64,000 nt of DNA from an uncultured bacterium (lineage in GTDB: Bacteria > Patescibacteriota > Minisyncoccia > UBA6257 > 2-01-FULL-56-20), in contig CAWJQC010000007.1 of the NCBI GenBank assembly GCA_963844965.1, positions 64,001-128,000 of the forward strand, read 5' to 3'. Numbering within the stretch: position 1 is the stretch's first letter; every line of letters begins with the position of its first letter. The translations under genes were made by a program, and so were the position numbers. The notes under the pieces were generated by a model. It was not told the origin of the DNA and searched no databases. It saw only the letters and a list, made by a program, of their open reading frames with translations. Below are positions 19,389 to 28,087 of the stretch, in pieces.

Positions 19389-19862
19389 TCAGAACCCCAA
19401 ATGTTTCTTGAAAATGGTGCCGTAGATGTCTCTGCGGGTTATGATGCCGATCAGCTTTTTATTTTCCACCACGGGCAAGCGATGGAGGCCTCGGCCGAGC
19501 ATAAGGCCGCCGGCGCTCAGGATGCAGGCGTCGGCGTCAATCGTGACTACGCGCCTGTTCATATATTTTTCTATCGGCTGCGCGCGAATCTCTTCAATTT
19601 CATCTTCCTGAAGCTCCGGGTCGTGGTACACGTAAGGTTCCCGTGCGTAGTTCTCGTAGGACGGGAACATTGCCCGGAAGAGATCTTTCTCCGAAACAAT
19701 GCCGATGAGATTCCCCGCGTCGTCCACCACTGGCATGCCACTGATTTTGTGCTTATGAAGAAGCGCCGCCGTCTCCTCGTAGCTTGTCTTCGGCGAGACC
19801 GTGACGACAGGCGCAATCATTACTTCACGCACCTTCATGCAGTTTATCGTAGCGCTTGCCAC
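19389..19862 (-). CDS. CBS-domain pair protein
   Basis: Two CBS motifs. The likely true start is the internal MKVREVM at about 19838. Confidence 0.8.
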   Translation of the reverse strand: MASATINCMKVREVMIAPVVTVSPKTSYEETAALLHKHKISGMPVVDDAGNLIGIVSEKDLFRAMFPSYENYAREPYVYHDPELQEDEIEEIRAQPIEKYMNRRVVTIDADACILSAGGLMLGRGLHRLPVVENKKLIGIITRRDIYGTIFKKHLGF

Positions 19863-19969
19863 GCAAAAGGGAAGTCACAGTTTGTGCACCGATTTCCTTA
19901 CACAAAATTAAAAAATATTGCTTGCTATGACAACAGGAATCGAACCTAAAATTGGAAGCCCCCGATATC

Positions 19970-20030
19970 CAGAGGCTATTATAAGTGTCCTTTCAGATAG
20001 AAATTATATGGAAAATCTGCATTTTAAATT
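19970..20030 (+). repeat. Copy 1 of a ~65-bp direct repeat (CCAGARGCTATTATAAGTGTC...AATTATATGGAAAATCTG...)
   Basis: About 85% identical to the copy at 22484-22545. Preceded 20 nt upstream by a tRNA T-arm-like motif (GGTTCGATTCC on the minus strand). Confidence 0.7.
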
Positions 20031-20296
20031 CTGTTTCATAAAGGCGTTACAACGCTCAGAAACGGCACATTAACGGCGGCAAGAAATTATTATAACAAAG
20101 GACCTCTTCTTGCGCGGCATAGTAGACGACGCTAGAGCCGTCATCCAGCGATAAAATGAGTATATTTACATCCCAAATTTGAGGGCAGAAGCAATGAGGG
20201 TATAATTTCACCTACTGCATTATTCACTATTTCTCTTGCCATAATATCCTGCGCTTGACACCTGTTTTTAATTTTTGGAAGGGATATAATTATATT

Positions 20297-20572
20297 ATGA
20301 ATAAAAAATTACTAATAAGCGTCTTAGGTGTCTTCGTGTTATTAATTTTAGGCCTAGCCGGTTATTATTTGTGGTTTTATAAAAAACCAATGTCTCCTAC
20401 CGCCGAACAAGCGGTTACGGATATTCAAAAAACGGTTCAGTCTATTGATCAGAATGTAGCCGGGAGTGTTTTCGGCACCACAACGGCTAATCCAATGGAG
20501 AATGTCCCCGATGTTAATCCCTATAAAAATACCAACCCATTTTCAGATATTAAAACCAATCCTTTTCAATAA
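20297..20572 (+). CDS. Small signal-anchored protein with a C-terminal NPY/NPF-repeat tail
   Basis: Begins MNKKLLISVLGVFVLLILGLAGYYLW, a transmembrane anchor. A TATAAT box lies 7 nt upstream. Confidence 0.55.
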   Translation: MNKKLLISVLGVFVLLILGLAGYYLWFYKKPMSPTAEQAVTDIQKTVQSIDQNVAGSVFGTTTANPMENVPDVNPYKNTNPFSDIKTNPFQ

Positions 20573-20577
20573 AAACT

Positions 20578-22263
20578 ATGAATAAAAAAACTTTAAGCGT
20601 ATTGATACTAATTTCTTCAGTAATGATCTCCGGTGTTATTGTCGGTTCGGCGATGGCGCAGACCCCGGCCGATCAAAGTACGACAACTTTATCCGCAAGT
20701 ATCACGTATCCGATTCCGGAATTGGGCAATTGTCAAAGTCAGGCGGATTGTAAAACCTTTTGCGACGATACCAAGAATACCGATGCCTGTTTGGCTTTTG
20801 CCCAAGCCAATAATTTAATGAGTTCCGACCAAGTGGCTGCCGCTAAAAAATTTGCGGATAGCGGAATGGTTGGTCCGGGCGGATGCAAGGGAGAAACCGA
20901 ATGCGACACGTATTGCGGCGATACGAGCCACATAGAAGAGTGTATTACGTTTGCGCAAAATAACGGATTGATGTCCGAACAAAAGCTACAGGAATCGCAA
21001 AAGGTTTTGGCAGCCATTAAAACAGGTGTCAAACCTTTGGGCTGCAATAGTGAGCAGGAATGTGAAGCATATTGTGCGACCGCTGAACATATGGAGGAGT
21101 GCATAAATTTCGGCACCGAGGCAGGAATATTGCCGGCTCAGGATCAGGAGAATGCGCGCAAAGTTTTGACCGCTATAAAAAATGGTGCCGTGCCTCCGTG
21201 CGAAGGTGATGCGTGTCCGGCTTTTTGCAGCAAACCGCAGAACGCGGATGCTTGCGAGAAGTTCCGTATCGAGGCTGGAATTCCGTCACGCTCCGAAATG
21301 ATAGTAGTTCAGGCAATACTTACTCTTATAGCAAAAGGAACTACTATGTCTACTTGCAGCGGTGCGCAAGGATGCCAGGATTATTGTTCTCAAGATGCCC
21401 ATGCTGAAGAATGCGCTAAATTTGCCGAGGATAATGGGGCGATTACGTCTTCAGAGGCAGAAGCAGCTATAGGCGGAGAAGCAGCGCCCGAAGGACCGGG
21501 TGGATGTAAGACTAAAGACGAGTGCGATGCTTATTGCAATAATCCGGATAATTCCGAAACTTGCTTTAATTATGCCAAGGATAACGGACTGATTTCCTCG
21601 GAAGACCTAAAGAAAATAGAAGATAGCCAGCAGCAAATGAAAGATTCTTTTAATAATATGCCCGCAGAGATATTAACCTGTTTAACTACTTCTTTAGGCG
21701 CAGACACGGTTGAAAAATTAAAAAGCGGAAACGCTATACCAGATCAGAAAACGGCCGAACAAATGAAGACTTGTTTTGACCAATACACTCCAACCGCTCC
21801 AACCGCTCCGGCTGGTCCGGGGAGTCAAGCCGGACAAAATCAGGGCGGACAAGGACAGGGTGGCGGAGGAGGTGGCAACGGTGGTGGTAGCGGCGGAGGT
21901 AGTGGCGGGGGAGGACAGGGCCAAGGTAACCAACCAACCCAACCTACTCAACCGAGCCAACCTATGCAACCAACCCAACCTACTCAACCGGGCCAGCCGA
22001 CTCAGCCCAGCCAACCATCACAGCTACTACCTCAGACGGGCCCCGGTGGATGCAAAACCATCGAAGAATGTAAGACGTATTGCCAGGCGCATCCGGAAGC
22101 TAAAACAGAGTGTCAGCAATTTAAGCAGAGTCAACAGGGACAATCTGGACAGAATCAGCCGACGCAAGGCCCGAATAATCAACAACCCAGTCAACCCAGC
22201 CAGCCGACTCCACCGCAACCTCCGACTCAGCCTACTCCACCAAGTCAACCAAGCCCGCCATAA
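20578..22263 (+). CDS. Secreted cysteine-rich repeat protein with a G-rich and (PTQ)n-rich C-terminal tail
   Basis: Signal peptide followed by at least six ~40-aa repeats of the pattern GGCKxxxECDxYCx6-8CxxFAxxNGLxS. Then a GGGGGNGGGSGGGSGGGG stretch and PTQPTQPSQP repeats. Confidence 0.8.
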   Translation: MNKKTLSVLILISSVMISGVIVGSAMAQTPADQSTTTLSASITYPIPELGNCQSQADCKTFCDDTKNTDACLAFAQANNLMSSDQVAAAKKFADSGMVGPGGCKGETECDTYCGDTSHIEECITFAQNNGLMSEQKLQESQKVLAAIKTGVKPLGCNSEQECEAYCATAEHMEECINFGTEAGILPAQDQENARKVLTAIKNGAVPPCEGDACPAFCSKPQNADACEKFRIEAGIPSRSEMIVVQAILTLIAKGTTMSTCSGAQGCQDYCSQDAHAEECAKFAEDNGAITSSEAEAAIGGEAAPEGPGGCKTKDECDAYCNNPDNSETCFNYAKDNGLISSEDLKKIEDSQQQMKDSFNNMPAEILTCLTTSLGADTVEKLKSGNAIPDQKTAEQMKTCFDQYTPTAPTAPAGPGSQAGQNQGGQGQGGGGGGNGGGSGGGSGGGGQGQGNQPTQPTQPSQPMQPTQPTQPGQPTQPSQPSQLLPQTGPGGCKTIEECKTYCQAHPEAKTECQQFKQSQQGQSGQNQPTQGPNNQQPSQPSQPTPPQPPTQPTPPSQPSPP

Positions 22264-22483
22264 CAACCAACTCCACCACAACTGCCGACTCCGCCAAGCA
22301 GTTTCTTGCGACAAACGCAGAAGTTTTTAGGGAGCATCTTGGATGTATTCACGAGGTAAGGATTTTTGCAATAAAATAGATTGTTATTCCTCCCGGCCCT
22401 CTCCTTCGGTTCGAATCCAGACTGTCAAAACGAGAAATAAAAATGAACGGCGCAAGACCGTTCATTTTTATTTTAGCTCCAGG

Positions 22484-22545
22484 TTCCAGAAGCTATTATA
22501 AGTGTCTTATCGGATAGGAATTATATGGAAAATCTGTATTCCAAG
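22484..22545 (+). repeat. Copy 2 of the ~65-bp direct repeat
   Basis: Aligns with 19970-20030. It lies 43 bp from the IS3 copy A end and is preceded by a bidirectional hairpin terminator (22437-22470) and a T-arm-like GGTTCGAATCCAG motif. Confidence 0.7.
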
Positions 22546-22644
22546 TTTTACATTTTGAGGGAGATGGAGCGGTTGGAAATATCTAAATGTAAAGGATAGG
22601 TTTCTTTAGACAGTGATTCGACGGCTTTTTGCCGTTTTTTTTCG

Positions 22645-23427
22645 TTAAGCCGCAATCTTCTCGGCAAACACGGACGGCGGCATCTTGAGGGCGGAGTGGA
22701 TCCGCGTGTGGTTGTACTGCCACAAGGTGCTGTAGATCTCCGCCACGAGCTCGCCGAAGGTCCCGAACCGGTTGGGATCACCGAGGTCAATCTTGAACTT
22801 GTCATAGAACGATTCCTGGTAGCCGTTTTCCCATGGGGCACCGGGCCGCGACCGCGAGATCGTGATGCCACAGTCCCCCAGTGTATCGGTGAACGCTCGT
22901 GCCTTGTACTCGCTGCCGTTGTCCGAATGGAAGATGACCGGATGCGGATGGTGGAAAAGCGCGTTGGCCAGGGTCTGTATCGTGAGGGGCGATCCTTTCC
23001 GCAACGCCACATGGACGCCCATCAATCGTCTCGTGAAAAGATCGAGTATCGTGGACACGTACACTTTCTTGCCGCGATACAGGAACTCCGTGAAATCGGT
23101 TGCCCAGACGTGGTTCGCGTACGAGGGCATGATGGCAAGTAAGAGGTTCGGAAAGGCCCGCGATGCCTTTGATTTCCGGTATTTCCTGCCTCGCCTCCGG
23201 TACGGCCTTATGCCGAAGATTCGCATGACGCGCTGCGCTCGCGGACGGCTCACGCCCAGAGCTTGTCCCAAGCGCCGGGAACCGTATGCCGGATGGCGCT
23301 GCAATTCTTCTTCCATGCGGATCTTGAGCGCCCAATCTTTCTTGTCCTGCCGTGATACGTAGTAGAGCGATGCCCGCGAGACGCCCATGGCCCGCGCCAT
23401 GGCGGACTTGTTCCGCTTTTCCGTCAA
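22645..23427 (-). CDS. IS3-family transposase OrfB (DDE integrase, rve domain)
   Basis: HSDNGSEYKARAF...PGAPWENGYQESFY rve-type DDE motif. Confidence 0.9.
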   Translation of the reverse strand: MTEKRNKSAMARAMGVSRASLYYVSRQDKKDWALKIRMEEELQRHPAYGSRRLGQALGVSRPRAQRVMRIFGIRPYRRRGRKYRKSKASRAFPNLLLAIMPSYANHVWATDFTEFLYRGKKVYVSTILDLFTRRLMGVHVALRKGSPLTIQTLANALFHHPHPVIFHSDNGSEYKARAFTDTLGDCGITISRSRPGAPWENGYQESFYDKFKIDLGDPNRFGTFGELVAEIYSTLWQYNHTRIHSALKMPPSVFAEKIAA

Positions 23428-23687
23428 TTCTTTTTTTGGGCCTGGGAGAGCTTCACGGTGAGCTCGCCCACCACTTCAAACAGCTCCCTGTTCTGCTTCT
23501 GGAGACGGCTGAACTCGCCCCAGGAAGGGACGCCCGATGCTCCTGCGCCTAGCCAATTGTAGATGGTGGACTCGTGCAAACCGTGGTCCTTCGCAGCCTG
23601 CGCTACGGGGACTCCTTCTTCCTTCACCCGGCGGAGGATGTCCGCCTTCACTTCCTTCGCAATCCGATGCCCTTTTTTGTTGCTCAT
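23424..23687 (-). CDS. IS3-family transposase OrfA (HTH)
   Basis: HTH segment VPVAQAAKDHGLHESTIYNWL. The ORF ends at an A AAA AAG slippery site that overlaps the start of orfB. Confidence 0.85.
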   Translation of the reverse strand: MSNKKGHRIAKEVKADILRRVKEEGVPVAQAAKDHGLHESTIYNWLGAGASGVPSWGEFSRLQKQNRELFEVVGELTVKLSQAQKKN

Positions 23688-23741
23688 GACACAATGGTAG
23701 TTTGTTTCGACCTTTGTGTCTAAATTATCCTATCCGGGTCA

Positions 23742-23773
23742 ACCTTTGTGTCTAAATTATCCTATCCGGGTCA
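23742..23773. repeat. 32-bp tandem duplication of the IS3 left terminal repeat
   Basis: CCTTTGTGTCTAAATTATCCTATCCGGGTCA occurs twice in tandem at 23711-23741 and 23743-23773. Confidence 0.8.
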
Positions 23774-23777
23774 AGTG

Positions 23778-23951
23778 ATGGTTGATTTAAGTAAGCTCTA
23801 TCCCGATATTGATATTGCCGAAACGCTCTCGAACCTAACGGGAAAATGGATCAAGACAATCAAGGGCAATAAGGTTGAATTTTCTGATGGTAGCGAGATA
23901 GATACAAGCGATATGGATTACAAACTTATTAAGCCATTGATTTGGTGGTAA
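23778..23951 (+). CDS. 57-aa ORF whose N-terminus resembles that of the downstream helicase (possible 5' duplicate fragment)
   Basis: MVDLSKLYPDIDIAETL...GKW versus MSKLYLQDIVEDIPFDDLPAKW in the next gene. It overlaps that gene's start by 10 nt. Confidence 0.35.
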   Translation: MVDLSKLYPDIDIAETLSNLTGKWIKTIKGNKVEFSDGSEIDTSDMDYKLIKPLIWW

Positions 23952-23953
23952 AT

Positions 23954-26650
23954 ATGTCGAAGTTGTATTTACAAGACATAGTTGAGGACATCCCGTTTGA
24001 TGATCTGCCCGCGAAATGGCAGGACTTTGACTTCGGCAGGTTTTCTTCCGATAAAACACTATTTGGCTTCCAGCAAAATGGCTTACGGAACGCTCTGAAA
24101 GCGCTCTGGCTTTTTTATAAAGATAGGAAGGGAAACAAAATAGAGCTTTATGAACAATATAAGGCAAATGGCTTGGGCGCGGATTTTGATTATGATTTGA
24201 CGCGAGAAAGAAAAGCCGCTGACCATCTTTTGGAATTTGATACGGATTATCCGAAAACAGACGGCAAAATTGCTTTTGCCCACTTCTTAAACCGCATGAG
24301 CTTTTGGATGGCTACGGGCTCTGGAAAGACGCTGATTATCGTAAAACTCATTGATATGCTCGGCGCTTTAATGAGGCAAAAAGAGATTCCTCAAAACGAT
24401 ATTCTGTTCTTGGCTCATAGGGACGACCTTTTGGAACAATTCAAAAATCATGTGGATCAATTCAATAGCTTCAATTTTGAAACAAGAATCAACTTCAAGA
24501 GCTTGAAAGATTATGAGAGCGTCAAGCGCGAGAACGCTCTGCCATTTGCAAAAAACGAGATAACGGTATTCTACTACCGCTCGGATTTAATATCAGACGA
24601 GCACAAAGAAAAAATTGTCAATTTCAAAAATTATGATAACGGCGGCAAGTGGTATGTTCTTCTCGATGAGGCGCACAAAGGCGATAGAGAGGACAGCAAA
24701 AGACAGATTCTATATTCAATCCTTTCAAGAAGCGGCTTTCTGTTCAATTTTTCCGCTACCTTTACCGATCCGCGGGATTACGCAACCTGTGCCTTTAATT
24801 TCAATCTTTCAAAATTCATTGAGGATGGTTACGGCAAGCATATTTATGTATCAAGCGCGGAAGTAACGGCTTTCCGCGATCAAGACGACTTCTCAAAAAT
24901 TACGAAGCAGAAAATCGTTTTGAAAACGCTGATACTGCTTACATATATCAATAAGTATTTTGAGAAGGTTCGGAAACAGGATAAAAAGCTGTATCATCGC
25001 CCACTCCTTCTTACTCTCGTCAATTCCGTTGATACGAAAGATGCGGACTTAAAGCTGTTCTTTTCCGAACTGGAAAAGATAGCCAAAAATGAAATAAGAG
25101 GCGACTTGATTGAAAAAGCCAAAGAGGAACTCATAAAAGAATTTGAAGAAAATCCGCAATATGAATTTGAGGGCATAAATGTAGAGATTGATAAGGCCTC
25201 GCTCAAAAAAATCTGCTATAAGGATATTTTGAAGCAGATTTTCAACGCAAAATCTTCTGGTAATATCGAGGTTTTGAAAATTCCGAATAACAGAAACGAA
25301 ATAATCTTTAAGCTGCAAACTTCTGAAAAACCATTCGGGCTGATTAAGATCGGGGATATTTCGGGATGGCTTAAGGAAACGCTTGAGGGTTATGAAATAA
25401 TCGAGAGCTTTGAGAATGAAAGCGTATTTAAGCGGATCAACCACGATGACTCCGAAATTAACATTCTGATGGGCTCCCGTGCCTTTTACGAGGGCTGGGA
25501 CTCAAACAGGCCGAACATTCTCTTATTCGTAAATATCGGCATCGGAAGCGACGCAAAGAAGTTTGTCCTGCAATCCGTTGGCCGAGGCGTAAGAATTGAA
25601 CCGCAAAAGAATAAACGGAAAAGAATTTTGGAATTGCACAACGCAAAAGAAATAAAGACAGAGCTATTTAATAAAATCCGAAGCAATATACAAGCGCTTG
25701 AGAGCTTGTTCGTATTCGGAACAAACGCCGATAATCTGAAGGAAATAATCAAGGCGCTGAAAGAAGAAAAACAAGAGCAAGATTTAGGTGCCGAATTTAT
25801 TATAAATAAAGATGCTGAAAAACGGCTGTTGCTTATACCTACTTACCGAGAATCGGAAAAGATATTTGCCGAAGAAAAAGAGCCGCAGAAATACGGAATC
25901 AGCCGAGAGGACTTGGCACTCGCAAAATCAATGTTCAGCTATCTTGGCGATAAAGTAACTCTGGCAAAATTTGAGTGTGAAGTAAGGGTTATTAAAAAGA
26001 CAGCCGAGAGTTTTGAAACAGCCGAGCAATACTTTGACCTTAACGAGGAGAGGTCAATTTCCGAGCCAGATTTGCTGGTTGATAGGATACTGGACTACTT
26101 CAGCGTCAGGGATAAAGAATTTGATAAATTCAAAAAACTGGAAAACGAGATCGTCCACTTCAAGCGGATAAGGTTTAATGACGGCGAGAAGTTTGAAGAA
26201 ATAAAACAGAAAATCGGCAAAATAAAGGAGTATCCAGAAAGACAGCGAGAACTGGATAAACAATACGGAAAAATATCGCGGGAAGAATTTGCGAGAAAGC
26301 AGGCGAGTTTGTTTGACGCGCAGACCTTTGAATACAAGAGCAAAAAGCTAAAAATCAAATATATCCAAAACCATTACTACATTCCTCTGATTATTTCAGA
26401 AAATGAAAAAGTTGATTATCTCAACCACATTATTGATGTTGAAAGCGAAGTCCGTTTCATAGAACAATTGGAAGAATACCTACAGCAGGACGACAATGTA
26501 TTCAAACAATTTGATTGGTGGATGTTCTCAAAGCTCGATCAAACGCTGGACGAAGTTCATGTGCCGTATTACAGCCCAAAAGAAAACAATATGGCAAGGT
26601 TTAAGCCCGACTTTATCTTCTGGCTGCAAAAGGTGACCCGGATAGGATAA
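23954..26650 (+). CDS. SF2 helicase / Type III restriction Res-like protein (DEAH box), C-terminally truncated by IS3 copy B
   Basis: Motif I MATGSGKT, motif II LLDEAHKG, and motif VI QSVGRGVR. The C-terminus ...FKPDFIFWLQK runs 17 nt into the IS terminal repeat and stops (KVTRIG*), as if the PD-(D/E)xK nuclease motif were cut off. Confidence 0.7.
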   Translation: MSKLYLQDIVEDIPFDDLPAKWQDFDFGRFSSDKTLFGFQQNGLRNALKALWLFYKDRKGNKIELYEQYKANGLGADFDYDLTRERKAADHLLEFDTDYPKTDGKIAFAHFLNRMSFWMATGSGKTLIIVKLIDMLGALMRQKEIPQNDILFLAHRDDLLEQFKNHVDQFNSFNFETRINFKSLKDYESVKRENALPFAKNEITVFYYRSDLISDEHKEKIVNFKNYDNGGKWYVLLDEAHKGDREDSKRQILYSILSRSGFLFNFSATFTDPRDYATCAFNFNLSKFIEDGYGKHIYVSSAEVTAFRDQDDFSKITKQKIVLKTLILLTYINKYFEKVRKQDKKLYHRPLLLTLVNSVDTKDADLKLFFSELEKIAKNEIRGDLIEKAKEELIKEFEENPQYEFEGINVEIDKASLKKICYKDILKQIFNAKSSGNIEVLKIPNNRNEIIFKLQTSEKPFGLIKIGDISGWLKETLEGYEIIESFENESVFKRINHDDSEINILMGSRAFYEGWDSNRPNILLFVNIGIGSDAKKFVLQSVGRGVRIEPQKNKRKRILELHNAKEIKTELFNKIRSNIQALESLFVFGTNADNLKEIIKALKEEKQEQDLGAEFIINKDAEKRLLLIPTYRESEKIFAEEKEPQKYGISREDLALAKSMFSYLGDKVTLAKFECEVRVIKKTAESFETAEQYFDLNEERSISEPDLLVDRILDYFSVRDKEFDKFKKLENEIVHFKRIRFNDGEKFEEIKQKIGKIKEYPERQRELDKQYGKISREEFARKQASLFDAQTFEYKSKKLKIKYIQNHYYIPLIISENEKVDYLNHIIDVESEVRFIEQLEEYLQQDDNVFKQFDWWMFSKLDQTLDEVHVPYYSPKENNMARFKPDFIFWLQKVTRIG

Positions 26651-26687
26651 TTTAGACACAAAGGTCGAAACAAACTACCATTGTGTC

Positions 26688-26951
26688 ATGAGCAACAAAA
26701 AAGGGCATCGGATTGCGAAGGAAGTGAAGGCGGACATCCTCCGCCGGGTGAAGGAAGAAGGAGTCCCCGTAGCGCAGGCTGCGAAGGACCACGGTTTGCA
26801 CGAGTCCACCATCTACAATTGGCTAGGCGCAGGAGCATCGGGCGTCCCTTCCTGGGGCGAGTTCAGCCGTCTCCAGAAGCAGAACAGGGAGCTGTTTGAA
26901 GTGGTGGGCGAGCTCACCGTGAAGCTCTCCCAGGCCCAAAAAAAGAATTGA
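26688..26951 (+). CDS. IS3-family transposase OrfA (HTH)
   Basis: Identical to the product of 23424-23687. Confidence 0.85.
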   Translation: MSNKKGHRIAKEVKADILRRVKEEGVPVAQAAKDHGLHESTIYNWLGAGASGVPSWGEFSRLQKQNRELFEVVGELTVKLSQAQKKN

Positions 26952-27730
26952 CGGAAAAGCGGAACAAGTCCGCCATGGCGCGGGCCATGGGCGTCTCGCG
27001 GGCATCGCTCTACTACGTATCACGGCAGGACAAGAAAGATTGGGCGCTCAAGATCCGCATGGAAGAAGAATTGCAGCGCCATCCGGCATACGGTTCCCGG
27101 CGCTTGGGACAAGCTCTGGGCGTGAGCCGTCCGCGAGCGCAGCGCGTCATGCGAATCTTCGGCATAAGGCCGTACCGGAGGCGAGGCAGGAAATACCGGA
27201 AATCAAAGGCATCGCGGGCCTTTCCGAACCTCTTACTTGCCATCATGCCCTCGTACGCGAACCACGTCTGGGCAACCGATTTCACGGAGTTCCTGTATCG
27301 CGGCAAGAAAGTGTACGTGTCCACGATACTCGATCTTTTCACGAGACGATTGATGGGCGTCCATGTGGCGTTGCGGAAAGGATCGCCCCTCACGATACAG
27401 ACCCTGGCCAACGCGCTTTTCCACCATCCGCATCCGGTCATCTTCCATTCGGACAACGGCAGCGAGTACAAGGCACGAGCGTTCACCGATACACTGGGGG
27501 ACTGTGGCATCACGATCTCGCGGTCGCGGCCCGGTGCCCCATGGGAAAACGGCTACCAGGAATCGTTCTATGACAAGTTCAAGATTGACCTCGGTGATCC
27601 CAACCGGTTCGGGACCTTCGGCGAGCTCGTGGCGGAGATCTACAGCACCTTGTGGCAGTACAACCACACGCGGATCCACTCCGCCCTCAAGATGCCGCCG
27701 TCCGTGTTTGCCGAGAAGATTGCGGCTTAA
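26948..27730 (+). CDS. IS3-family transposase OrfB (DDE)
   Basis: Identical to the product of 22645-23427. Probably expressed as an OrfAB fusion through a -1 frameshift. Confidence 0.9.
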   Translation: MTEKRNKSAMARAMGVSRASLYYVSRQDKKDWALKIRMEEELQRHPAYGSRRLGQALGVSRPRAQRVMRIFGIRPYRRRGRKYRKSKASRAFPNLLLAIMPSYANHVWATDFTEFLYRGKKVYVSTILDLFTRRLMGVHVALRKGSPLTIQTLANALFHHPHPVIFHSDNGSEYKARAFTDTLGDCGITISRSRPGAPWENGYQESFYDKFKIDLGDPNRFGTFGELVAEIYSTLWQYNHTRIHSALKMPPSVFAEKIAA

Positions 27731-27861
27731 CGAAAAAAAACGGCAAAAAGCCGTCGAATCACTGTCTAAAGAAACCTATCCTTTACATCGGGCAAAAAGT
27801 TAGAGTTTACAATGCGAAAACCGTTTGATGCGGTCCTCGAATTGGCTACTTGTCCAACTGG

Positions 27862-27933
27862 GCTCCGGCGCCTGGATTCGAACCAGGAACCTTCTCCTTA
27901 ACAGGGAGCCGCTCTACCGTTGAGCTACGCCGG
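27862..27933 (-). tRNA. tRNA-Asn (GTT anticodon)
   Basis: Cloverleaf with acceptor TCCGGCG/CGCCGGA, D-arm GCTC-AACGGTA-GAGC, anticodon loop CTGTTAA, and T-arm CCTGG-TTCGAAT-CCAGG. The first base is U1, as in E. coli tRNA-Asn. CCA is not encoded. Confidence 0.8.
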
Positions 27934-28087
27934 AATCCTTATTCTTATTAATGTATCAAAAAAACAGATTTTTTTCAATCTCGCCAGCCGCAATGCTGCG
28001 AGATCATACTTTAATGTTGAAAAAAAAGAAAAAAGCCGAGTGGTTGGAAAAGTTAGGAAAGGCGGCGTAAAAATTAAAACGTCCCGG

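Larger units (their letters stand above)
22588..23741 (-). mobile_element. IS3-family insertion sequence, copy A (1154 bp)
   Basis: Imperfect terminal inverted repeats TGACCCGGATAGGATAATTTAGACA / TGTAAAGGATAGGTTTCTTTAGACA, each beginning 5' TG and ending CA 3'. orfA and orfB have the architecture of copy B. Confidence 0.85.
26634..27787 (+). mobile_element. IS3-family insertion sequence, copy B (identical to copy A, inverted)
   Basis: Same inverted repeats and identical OrfA/OrfB proteins. An A AAA AAG frameshift heptamer lies at 26935-26941. Confidence 0.85.

Noticed and set aside
19921-19990. Complete tRNA gene containing the GGTTCGATTCC T-arm motif (and the similar motif at 22407-22426)
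   Set aside because: No complementary acceptor strand or D-arm can be found at the right distance. These are at most tRNA 3' fragments or chance matches.
22696-23552. Several 60-180-aa ORFs inside the IS3 copies on the non-transposase strand (and their mirror images in copy B)
   Set aside because: They are antisense to the OrfA/OrfB genes. Arg/Pro-rich products are typical of out-of-frame GC-rich DNA. They are duplicated only because the IS is duplicated.
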